Assembly: GCA_963785725.1 (NCBI GenBank)
Contig: CAWAWS010000022.1
Coordinates: 192,001 to 256,000 of the forward strand
Reading direction: 5' to 3'
Length of the DNA stretch: 64,000 bases
From: an uncultured delta proteobacterium
Lineage (GTDB): Bacteria > Myxococcota_A > Polyangia > Palsa-1104
Part shown: piece by piece, positions 21,535-32,009 of the stretch
How positions within the stretch are numbered: position 1 is the first letter of the stretch
How the letters are laid out: every line of letters starts with the position of its first letter
Made by a program: the position numbers and the translations under genes
The notes under the pieces: generated by a model
Told to the model about the DNA's origin: nothing
The model's database searches: none
The model's input: the letters and a program-made list of their open reading frames with translations, nothing else

Positions 21535-21789
21535 ATGCAAACGATGGCGATGAATCTTCGACATCTCGCGCGCGAGGTGTCAACGGCGCTGGAGCTGTCG
21601 CTGGTCCGCATGGCGCCCAATCCGCTCATCGAGCAGCTCTCTTCCGCGGCGGGCTTGCTAACCGCGCTCGAGGAGCTGCCGCTCGACACCGAGGCGCTCA
21701 GGGTCTGGGCTGATGAGGCGGTGACGCGCGCCGCACGCGGCCTCGACGAATGGAAGTCGTGGCAGGAGAAGCACCGAGTAACAGCCTGA
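21535..21789 (+). CDS. Small hypothetical protein (84 aa)
   Basis: GGAGG RBS, good codon usage, sits between the two hsp20 genes. Confidence 0.6.
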   Translation: MQTMAMNLRHLAREVSTALELSLVRMAPNPLIEQLSSAAGLLTALEELPLDTEALRVWADEAVTRAARGLDEWKSWQEKHRVTA

Positions 21790-21937
21790 AAAGTAAACGA
21801 ACGATGCCATTCGTCTCGTTTACCGTCCGCGTCGGCAGCAGGACTGCGAGATCGTCAATCGGCGGACCTTGACAACCAATCGAGCGATGATCAGTTTCCG
21901 AAATCGGAAGGGAAATCAGCCAGAAAGGAGAACACTC

Positions 21938-22372
21938 ATGCTCGTTCGTCATACGCCCTGGAACCAAATCGAATCGTGGATCTGGGATCGCAACCGCGAG
22001 CTGAACCGACTGGCATCGAACGGTGATTCGCGAGCGCCGCTCTGGCAGCCCGCCGTCGACGTTCACGAGAATGCCGAGCGCATCTTACTGGTCGCCGATC
22101 TGCCCGGCCTCGAGCAGGCCGACGTCGATATCACGATCGACAAGAACGTGCTGACCATCCGTGGCCAGCGCAACGCGCGGGCGGCGAGTGACGGCGCGTT
22201 CCAGCATCGGGAGCGCCTTCAGGGCGCGTTTGCGCGCGCATTCACACTGCCCGGAACGGTCGACGTCGAATCGGTCAGCGCCGAGATGAAATCTGGCGTG
22301 TTGACGATCACGTTGCCGAAGAAGTCGGAAGCGAAGCCGCGTCAGATCAAAGTCGGCAACGCTTCGGCGTAG
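21938..22372 (+). CDS. Hsp20/alpha-crystallin small heat-shock protein
   Basis: PAVDVHE...ADLPG...RERLQGAFARAFTLP...GVLTITLPK; AGGAG RBS. Confidence 0.95.
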   Translation: MLVRHTPWNQIESWIWDRNRELNRLASNGDSRAPLWQPAVDVHENAERILLVADLPGLEQADVDITIDKNVLTIRGQRNARAASDGAFQHRERLQGAFARAFTLPGTVDVESVSAEMKSGVLTITLPKKSEAKPRQIKVGNASA

Positions 22373-22478
22373 TCACGCTGCCGCTTCCCGCGGCGCTCGA
22401 CGGCGGCAGCTCGATGAAGCAGCCGAGTCCAAACGGGCGATAGGCTGCGGCGCGCGGGTTCGATTCTCGAGGTCGGCG

Positions 22479-23243
22479 ATGCATGCAAACGAGCGCATCC
22501 TGGTGCTCCACGACGGCGACCGCATCGGCCATGCAGTCGTGCGTCAACTCGAAGCGGCGCAGGTTTCGCTTCGAGAGCTCGCTGAGCAGGTGCCTGCAGA
22601 CGAGGTCGTGGCAGCGGCGCTCGGTTGTCGGGCCGTAATCGCCATTGGTGATCGCTTCGCCTCGGATGCGGCCGTGCTTGCGGCGGCGAACATGCCCGGC
22701 GTTCGATCGCTGGTGCTGGTCGTTCACACGGCAGACGATTTCACGCTTCTGCGAAAGCGCGGTGTCCCCTACACCGTGCTGCGACTCGCGCCGTTGCTCG
22801 AAGAGCTCGTCGACAGGCTGGAGCCGGTCGTCGCGTCCGGTCGGCTGATCCTCGACGAGAACGGCGATGCGCCACTGGCGTTCATTGCCGCCGACGACGC
22901 CGCCGCTTGCGCGATCGCGGCCGTCGACCAAGACGACTACTGTGGTCGCATCGTCGATGTTGCCGCGGCGGGCGAGTCGACGCTCAGCGCAGCGGCGACG
23001 GCAATGGCGAAGGCCCGCGGACAACGCCTCAAAGTGTCCGAATGGCCTCGTTGGGTCATCACAGCCATGCGGGCGCTCGGCCGCGCGCCGTTTCGCGCGC
23101 CCGAGGCATTCATCCGTAAGAGGCCGAGCCACGACGCGTCTCTGCTACATCCAAATCCCTGGCACACCGTCGAGGAGATCGCTTCGGCGTCGCCTCGAAA
23201 CCGAGTGGAAAGGAGAGATGAGCATGCGATGGGAATGCACTGA
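22479..23243 (+). CDS. Degenerate NmrA/NAD(P)-binding Rossmann-like protein
   Basis: ILVLHDGDRIGHAVV (degenerate Gly loop), GVPYTVLR, FIAADDAA. Confidence 0.6.
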   Translation: MHANERILVLHDGDRIGHAVVRQLEAAQVSLRELAEQVPADEVVAAALGCRAVIAIGDRFASDAAVLAAANMPGVRSLVLVVHTADDFTLLRKRGVPYTVLRLAPLLEELVDRLEPVVASGRLILDENGDAPLAFIAADDAAACAIAAVDQDDYCGRIVDVAAAGESTLSAAATAMAKARGQRLKVSEWPRWVITAMRALGRAPFRAPEAFIRKRPSHDASLLHPNPWHTVEEIASASPRNRVERRDEHAMGMH

Positions 23244-23427
23244 GTGTGGATGCCGAGTCGAGCGCCCACGTCCTCCTGCAGTGTGCCGCTCCTGTGGAAC
23301 GGCCGGCGCGCTCTTCGTCGAAGCGGACGGCGGCATCGAGCTGGACATGGAGGCCGACAGCTTATTCGACTCCTGGCTGCATCGAGGAATGGAGCGTGGA
23401 TTTCGCGACCACACGGCGCGAGGCTGA
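23224..23427 (+). CDS. Small rubredoxin-like/zinc-ribbon protein
   Basis: MRWECTECG...PPAVCRSCG (two CxxC); AAGGAG upstream; overlaps end of previous gene. Confidence 0.7.
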   Translation: MRWECTECGCRVERPRPPAVCRSCGTAGALFVEADGGIELDMEADSLFDSWLHRGMERGFRDHTARG

Positions 23428-23750
23428 CGCGACGTCCGGGAGTGACCTCAGTGAGCGCGGACCGGGTCGTCCACGAATTCTGCCGGCAATCGTGGCTGCA
23501 AAATCGTAGCGCCGACCGTCGCGGTCCAGATGCGGGTCGGAGACACTGACGGACAAGTCCATCCCGCAGACCGGTCGACTACATCTGGACGCCCTGACCG
23601 CGCAGGATATCGCCACTGACGCGTCGGAGAACGCGAAAAACACGCGCATCGGTATCGCGGCCATAGACATGGAACAGGCCTGTGCAAGGCCGTGGGTGCT
23701 CCGGACAGCGACGGGAGATCGGATATCGATCTTCCGAAAGGATAGACCAG

Positions 23751-23786
23751 AAACGAAAACACCCAGGTCGGAGGGCGACCTGGGTG
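23751..23786 (-). terminator. Rho-independent terminator downstream of tRNA fragment
   Basis: 11-bp perfect stem cacccaggtcg/cgacctgggtg followed by a T-rich tract on the minus strand. Confidence 0.7.
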
Positions 23787-23833
23787 CTCATTGGGGTGCT
23801 CCGGAGGAGGCTGGAGCAGCTAAGTACTTGTGT

Positions 23834-23872
23834 GGCGTGCAGGATTCGGACCTGCGACTTCCACCGTGTGAG
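23834..23872 (-). repeat. att-like core: 3' half of tRNA-Val(CAC), copy 1
   Basis: Minus strand reads CTCACAC-GGTGG-AAGTC-GCAGG-TCCGAAT-CCTGC-ACGCC (anticodon loop, T arm, acceptor); identical to 40712-40750. Confidence 0.8.
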
Positions 23873-24391
23873 TTCGCTGAGACCCGTTACGGCGCGTTTC
23901 GCGGTGTAGTTCTCGACGACAACATGTGACCGGGCGTTACCTGACCGTCCAGCTCGTTTCGCCCAGGTGGTGGAAAAGTGGTGGGAAGAATCAGCGAGGT
24001 CGCGCGGAATATTGCTCCCGTCGGAGCTTCATTCTGAACCGGTGGAAGTCAGCGGGCCGCCGGCGAGCGCGCGGGACGCGGCGACCGATTCCTCGTGCCT
24101 GTCGCAGCGATAGTACAGGCGCGCCCAGCCCTTTCGAGTGGCTTTGGCCATCTTGCACGACATCGACGCGCGGCAGGCGCCGCAGTACAAGACTTGCTCG
24201 GGGGCTGCACGCGTCGGAATGCGCCTCTGAGCTCGATCCGCTTCCGTAGAACAGAGACGTTATGTGACGTCGACCGACGCAGGATCGCCCCATAGAGGAA
24301 AAATCAGAGAGCCAAGGTATTGACTTGATGTGTTTCAAATATGGCGCAATAGGTGCACGAGCACGCGCCGGCCCCAGGAGGGCCTCTCAAC

Positions 24392-24595
24392 ATGAAGAAC
24401 CTCGCGCTCGCGCTTACTGCCTTCGGAATGTTGTCGTCCGGCCTCGCCTTCGCCGACGAGACGTCGCAAAAGACCGAGACTCACGAGACGGACGGCAAGA
24501 CCACGACCCGGACCAAGAAGGTCAAGCACAAGGACGACGGTAAGGGTAACTCGTCCGTCAAAACCGAGACGACCGAGAAGACCGAAGCCAAATAG
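24392..24595 (+). CDS. Small secreted charged protein
   Basis: Signal peptide MKNLALALTAFG...AFA then K/T/E-rich tail; GGAGG upstream; followed by terminator. Confidence 0.75.
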   Translation: MKNLALALTAFGMLSSGLAFADETSQKTETHETDGKTTTRTKKVKHKDDGKGNSSVKTETTEKTEAK

Positions 24596-24612
24596 CTCTC
24601 GCTCGCATTGCG

Positions 24613-24651
24613 AAATCCCCGTCGGCCTGCGCGACGGGGATTTTTCTTTTT
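24613..24651 (+). terminator. Rho-independent terminator
   Basis: aaatccccgtcg/cgacggggattt stem followed by a T tract. Confidence 0.85.
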
Positions 24652-24769
24652 CGGGCGACGACGAGCGCCAAAGGCGACGTATCCGACGATCGTCCCTTGC
24701 GCGCCTGCAAAGGATAAGCACGTTGTCTGCACGTCGAGTCCCACGCGACGGCGCCGGAAAAGAGGCAAC

Positions 24770-24922
24770 ATGTTACTGGCAATCGCACTAGTCCTGTTCT
24801 TGTTGTGGGGCGTCGGCCTCGTCACGTCGTACACGATGGGCGGGCTGGTTCACCTCCTGCTCGCCGTCGCAGTCATCGCCGTCCTGGTGCACGTCATTCG
24901 GGGACCGCGAGCGGGCGCGTGA
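24770..24922 (+). CDS. lmo0937/DUF5670-family small membrane protein
   Basis: MLLAIALVLFLLWGVGLVTSYTMGGLVHLLLAVAVIAVLV; GAGG RBS. Confidence 0.85.
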   Translation: MLLAIALVLFLLWGVGLVTSYTMGGLVHLLLAVAVIAVLVHVIRGPRAGA

Positions 24923-24928
24923 CATGAC

Positions 24929-27256
<2,328 letters not shown>

Positions 27257-27278
27257 CGACCCTTCCAGAAGGAGACCC

Positions 27279-27806
27279 ATGGCCAACGTCGCCATCATCG
27301 ATGACGATCTCGATCTACTCACGCTCTTCCGCCGGCTCATCGATCCGTTTCACGAAGTGCGCACCTACGCCGATGCGGCGACGGCTTTGTCGGGCGTCAA
27401 GGCGAACCGGCCCGACATCGTGCTGCTCGACATCTCACTCGGCGATGCCGCCGGCGTGGATGGCGTCGACGTGCTGCATCGGCTGCGCGACGAGCCGGGG
27501 TGCGAGTCGGTACCGGTCATCGCCGTGACGTCGCACTCCTTGCGTTCGGAGCGCGCGCACTATCTGGCGGAGGGGTTCACCGACTTCATCGCCAAGCCGC
27601 TGGCCGATCACGGCGTGGTCATGTCGGTGATCGAGACGGCGCTGCGCGGCGAGAGCCTGCCCGAATCCGACGACGATCTCGACGCGACGGCGGCGCCGAT
27701 GACGCTGGAAGCGGTGGTGACGACGGTGCTCGAGGCGCTCGAGACCGGCGATGTCGATCGCGCTAAGGCGCTGTTGCGCGGCCTCTTGCCGGCGCCCGCG
27801 GGCTAA
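27279..27806 (+). CDS. Response regulator with short helical C-terminal extension
   Basis: IIDDD...LLDISL...AVTS...KP; GGAG RBS. Confidence 0.88.
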   Translation: MANVAIIDDDLDLLTLFRRLIDPFHEVRTYADAATALSGVKANRPDIVLLDISLGDAAGVDGVDVLHRLRDEPGCESVPVIAVTSHSLRSERAHYLAEGFTDFIAKPLADHGVVMSVIETALRGESLPESDDDLDATAAPMTLEAVVTTVLEALETGDVDRAKALLRGLLPAPAG

Positions 27807-27935
27807 ATGGCCAGGCGCGATTCTGGATCGAGCGCGCAAGGCGCGCGTCGGCCGGGAGTCCGGCCGCGGGGAGGCTCGACGAGCTCAGCTCGTCGAGGGG
27901 CGCTTGCGCCCGTCAGATCGAGGCTAAATCAGCGT

Positions 27936-27968
27936 CGATCCTGCACTGCCAAAGGCAGTGCAGGATCG
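27936..27968. terminator. Perfect hairpin between convergent genes
   Basis: cgatcctgcactgcc-aaa-ggcagtgcaggatcg, 15-bp stem, no T tract. Confidence 0.6.
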
Positions 27969-27979
27969 TGCTCGCTGGT

Positions 27980-29065
27980 TTAGAGCGGCTCTTCGCGATA
28001 CTCGCTGAAGTCGCGCGCATAGATCCGGAGCATCGAGAGAAAGAAGGCCACGATCAAAGGACCGATCACCATGCCGATCAAGCCGAACATGGCCAGGCCG
28101 CCGAGCAGCGAGAGCAACATGAGGCCCGTCGGGATCTTCACTTGACCGCGCATGATGATCGTCTTACCCACCTGCTCCAAGCCGACGACGAAAACGAGGC
28201 ACCAGGCGCCCAACGCAGCGGCGGCGAAGTGGTGCCCGCCGAGCCACAGCACGCACACGACCGGAAGCCAGATCAGCACGGTGCCGACGAGCGGCACGAA
28301 CGACGCGACACCGGTGATGAATCCGAAGAAGATGGCGTTGGGCACTTCGACGAGCGCGTAGCCGATGCCGGCGGCGCTTCCTTGGATGATCGCGGTGGCG
28401 GCGATGCTCACCAGCGCCGCCGAGGAGACTTTGCGGATCTCGACCATCAGCTCCTCGGTCTGCTGCGGGCGCAGCGGCGAGACGCGAAGCAGCCACACCG
28501 CCAGGCGCGGTCCGTCGAGCAGGAGAAAATAGAAAGCGGCGAGCATCACGCACGTGCCGGCCATGATCTGCGACGAGGCTTCGAGCGCCTGCGTGATGCC
28601 CTCTTGGGCGCGGCCGCCGTAGCGCGCCACCAGCTCCGCGAATTGCGCCGGCGACACGTGGAAAGTGTGGAGCAGCCGCAGCACCGCCTGCTGGTCGGAA
28701 GACAGCACCAGCGCCGCCGACTTGGGCGCCGCTGCGGCGTCGAGCGTGCCGCGCACCAGCGTGATGCCCCTGACGACGTAGCGCGAGGCGAAGGCGCCCG
28801 CGGCGATGATCGGCGTGACGATGGTGGCGGCGCTGCCGAGCGTCAACAAGAGCGCGGCCAGGCCACGCCGGCCGCGCAGCCGCTGCTCGAGACGATAGAG
28901 CGCGGGCTGCAGAATGGCCGACATCAAGAGCGCGAGAAACAGCGGCACGCGAAACGGCCACACGACGTAGAGCATGAGCAGGCTCGCCAGCAGCACCAGC
29001 GCGCGCGCCGTCATCAGCGCCGAGCGCGATTGCGTGCGATCGTCGGGCTCGCGCAGCTTCATCAC
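27980..29065 (-). CDS. AI-2E (PerM/TqsA) family transporter
   Basis: Hydrophobic; FYFLLLDG, FVPLVGTVLIWLP, LLGGLAMFGLIGMVIGP. Confidence 0.92.
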   Translation of the reverse strand: MMKLREPDDRTQSRSALMTARALVLLASLLMLYVVWPFRVPLFLALLMSAILQPALYRLEQRLRGRRGLAALLLTLGSAATIVTPIIAAGAFASRYVVRGITLVRGTLDAAAAPKSAALVLSSDQQAVLRLLHTFHVSPAQFAELVARYGGRAQEGITQALEASSQIMAGTCVMLAAFYFLLLDGPRLAVWLLRVSPLRPQQTEELMVEIRKVSSAALVSIAATAIIQGSAAGIGYALVEVPNAIFFGFITGVASFVPLVGTVLIWLPVVCVLWLGGHHFAAAALGAWCLVFVVGLEQVGKTIIMRGQVKIPTGLMLLSLLGGLAMFGLIGMVIGPLIVAFFLSMLRIYARDFSEYREEPL

Positions 29066-29067
29066 GC

Positions 29068-29604
29068 TCAGGCGCCCCGCTTCGGTCGGCTGTCGGCGAG
29101 CGCAGCGCGCAGCGCGGCTTGAGCGAGCGCGATCTCGCCGGCATCGAGCGCGTCGAGCGCGAGGCTGGCCGCGCGTTCGAGCGCCCGGTAGCGCGCCGTC
29201 ACGTCTTCGGGCGGCGGCGCCTTCGCGTGCAGGCCCTGGCCGGCGTTGATGAGCAGGCTCACCAGCGTCAAGAGCGACGCGACGTCGACGATGGGCTTGC
29301 CGACGAGCGACGTGAAACCTTCGCCGGTCAGCTTGGCGCGCTCGCTCGCGTTGACGTGGGTGGTGATGGCGATGATGGGCACGTTCCCGAGCGTCGCGTG
29401 CTCGCGAATGGCGCGCGCGACCTCGACGCCGCTCATGTCACCGAGGTTGATGTCGAGGAGCACGAGATCGGGCGGGTCGCCGAGCAGCCCTTCGAGCGCC
29501 GCGCGGCCGGTCGCGTACGACGTCACCAGATGATGCGGCGACAGCACCAGGTTGAGAAAGCGCAACACATCGGGATCGTTGTCTATGACGGCGAGCTTTG
29601 GCAT
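29068..29604 (-). CDS. Response regulator, paralogue of 27279-27806
   Basis: VIDND...PDLVLLDINL...AITT...KPI with similar C-terminal helix. Confidence 0.85.
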   Translation of the reverse strand: MPKLAVIDNDPDVLRFLNLVLSPHHLVTSYATGRAALEGLLGDPPDLVLLDINLGDMSGVEVARAIREHATLGNVPIIAITTHVNASERAKLTGEGFTSLVGKPIVDVASLLTLVSLLINAGQGLHAKAPPPEDVTARYRALERAASLALDALDAGEIALAQAALRAALADSRPKRGA

Positions 29605-29927
29605 CGCACCTTTCGACTCCGCTCGTACCGCGGTGCGACTCACGCGATCGGCGCCGGGTGCGATGCAAGCAACCTAACGATGAACGCCGCTGCCACAAGG
29701 TCCGGCGGCGGAATAAATCGGCGCTCGGCCGCGCAGCGGCAGGATAAGGCGAATCCCACGGCACAAAACGCCTTTCGCTCGACCGCACGCCCACCAAAGG
29801 GCCTTTAGCGCGCGCTCGGCGGCGGCGGCTCTTGCGGATCGGCGCTTCGTAGCTAGGTTGTAGCTCCCGCCTCTCTCTCCGCCCGAGCTTCACTCATCGC
29901 GCGACGCGAACGGCTGAACGCCCCCTT

Positions 29928-32009
29928 TTGACCGACGAGGCCTGCCATGGCGACCACCGGCGACGAAGATCCGCGCGCGATGGGTCGACGCTGACCTTCA
30001 CGCCGCTCAGCTTTGCGACGCAGCGCCGTCACCGCGGAGGCGTGCTCGCGGTCGTCGCGCTCGGCCTGTTCTCGGGCTGCGCCGGCGACAAAGCCGAAGG
30101 CCGTCCCTGGGTGCACAAGCTGACGCTCTCCGGCGTCAAGAGCGTCAGCGCCGCCGATCTGAAGAAGAAGCTGTTGACCAGTGAAGCGCATTGGTACGCT
30201 AGGCGCAGCTATCTCGATCCCCTCACCGTCGACACGGATCGTCAGCGCGTCGAGGTCTATTACCAGCAGCACGGCTATTTCGACGCCGCAGTCGTGAGCG
30301 CCGCGGTGACGCCTTTTAGCGGCGACGCCGATCAGCCGACCGCCGTCGACGTCGCGCTGGCCGTGGTCGAAGGCGCCGCCGTGCACATCGCGTCCGTCGA
30401 CGTGCGCGGGCTCGAGGCGTTGGGCAAGGCGGGCGTGGCGGCGGCGCGTGAGCTGCACGCGCACCTCTTGGTCGGGGCCGTCTTCGATTACGATCGCTAC
30501 ACCACGGCGAAGACTGCGCTCGAGACGGCGATCCGGCGGCGCGGCTACGCCTGGGCCAAGGTCGACGGCGTCGCCGACGTCGACCGCGATACGTCGCTGG
30601 CGCGCTTCCGGTTCACCGTCACGCCCGGTCCGCGCGCCAGGTACGGTCAGGTGCGCATCGCCGGCACGGTTCGCGTCGACCCGCGGCTGGTCGCCTTGCA
30701 CACCGGCATCACCAGCGGGGCGCGCTACAACCCCGACGAGCTCGAAGACGCGCGCGGTCAGATCTACGCGCTGGGCGTGTTCTCGTCGGTGCAAGTGGTG
30801 ATCGCGCCGGCGCCCGGACATCCCGACGTGGCCGACGTGAACGTGACGGTGCAGGAGACGACGTTCAGCGAGCTGCGCGTCGGCGTCGGCTTCGGGCTCG
30901 AGTCACAGCGCACCGACGCGCACGCGTCGCTCACCTACACGCGCAATAACTGGCTCGGACATCTACGCAGCCTGCGCCTGCGGCTCGAGCCGGCGTGGGT
31001 GGCGCTGCCCGCGTTCTGGAACGTGCAGCGTCAAGGTCCGGCGCTCACCGCCGAGGCGCAGGTCATCCAGCCCGACGTTCCCTGGCCGCTGACCGAGGTC
31101 AAGCTGACGCTCGGCTACGACGTGGGCTTCGAGTATCCGTTCCAGTATTACGGCCCGCGCACGCAGCTGGCGTTATCGCGCGGCTTCTGGCGCGGGCGGG
31201 TGCGGCTCGGCCTCTCCTACAACTTTCAGCTGCTGCAATTCTTCGACGTCGACCCGGCCCTTCTCGCCGATCGGGCGCAGACCGGTCAGCTGTTCGGCTT
31301 CGAGAACCCCTATCGTCTCGGCTGGTGGCAGGAAGACTTCGCGCTCGATCTGCGCGACAAGCCGCTCGACGCGCACAAAGGCGCGTACCTCGGTGTCAGC
31401 GTCGAGGAAGGTGGCGTCTACGCCGGCGGCGCGTTCCTCTACGAGAAGGTCGTTCCCGATGCGCGCGGCTATATCCCGCTCGGCAGCCGCGTCACCCTCG
31501 CCTTGCGCGTGCAGTTCGGCCAGATTTACACACAGGGCGACCTCGGCAGCCCGGTCACGCGCCGCTTCTACCTCGGCGGTCCCGACTCGCATCGCGGCTT
31601 CAATTACGATCGCTTGTCGCGCCAGGTGCCGTCGGGGATCGTCGGCGTCGCGCCCATCCCTATCGGCGGCGACCAGATGTTGCTGGCGCAGTCGGAGGTG
31701 CGCGTCGACCTCTTCAACATCGCCGGCAACTGGCTCGCCATCGCCGGCTTCGTCGACGGTGGTGACGTGGGCGCGCCCTCGTGCTCGACGGCGCAGTGCC
31801 GCGCGCTCTACCACGACACCAGCGTCGACCTCACCGACTTGCACTGGGCCGCGGGCGGCGGCGTGCGCTTCAAGACGATCATCGGAACCCTCCGCTTCGA
31901 CGTCGGGGTGCGCCTCAACCGCCTCGCGGCGATGGAGGCCAACGGCACACCCAACCCCGATCCCGGCCAGCGCATGGCCTATCACCTGTCGGTCGGCGAG
32001 GCATTTTGA
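29928..32009 (+). CDS. Omp85 (TamA/BamA-family) outer-membrane protein with POTRA domains
   Basis: YYQQHGYFDA, RFYLGGPDSHRGF, GVRFKTIIGTLRFD, terminal GEAF; possible lipobox FSGC; start uncertain. Confidence 0.9.
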   Translation: MTDEACHGDHRRRRSARDGSTLTFTPLSFATQRRHRGGVLAVVALGLFSGCAGDKAEGRPWVHKLTLSGVKSVSAADLKKKLLTSEAHWYARRSYLDPLTVDTDRQRVEVYYQQHGYFDAAVVSAAVTPFSGDADQPTAVDVALAVVEGAAVHIASVDVRGLEALGKAGVAAARELHAHLLVGAVFDYDRYTTAKTALETAIRRRGYAWAKVDGVADVDRDTSLARFRFTVTPGPRARYGQVRIAGTVRVDPRLVALHTGITSGARYNPDELEDARGQIYALGVFSSVQVVIAPAPGHPDVADVNVTVQETTFSELRVGVGFGLESQRTDAHASLTYTRNNWLGHLRSLRLRLEPAWVALPAFWNVQRQGPALTAEAQVIQPDVPWPLTEVKLTLGYDVGFEYPFQYYGPRTQLALSRGFWRGRVRLGLSYNFQLLQFFDVDPALLADRAQTGQLFGFENPYRLGWWQEDFALDLRDKPLDAHKGAYLGVSVEEGGVYAGGAFLYEKVVPDARGYIPLGSRVTLALRVQFGQIYTQGDLGSPVTRRFYLGGPDSHRGFNYDRLSRQVPSGIVGVAPIPIGGDQMLLAQSEVRVDLFNIAGNWLAIAGFVDGGDVGAPSCSTAQCRALYHDTSVDLTDLHWAAGGGVRFKTIIGTLRFDVGVRLNRLAAMEANGTPNPDPGQRMAYHLSVGEAF

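Noticed and set aside
23834..23872. Intact tRNA gene (also 40712-40750)
   Set aside because: Only anticodon loop to acceptor present; no D arm or 5' strand.
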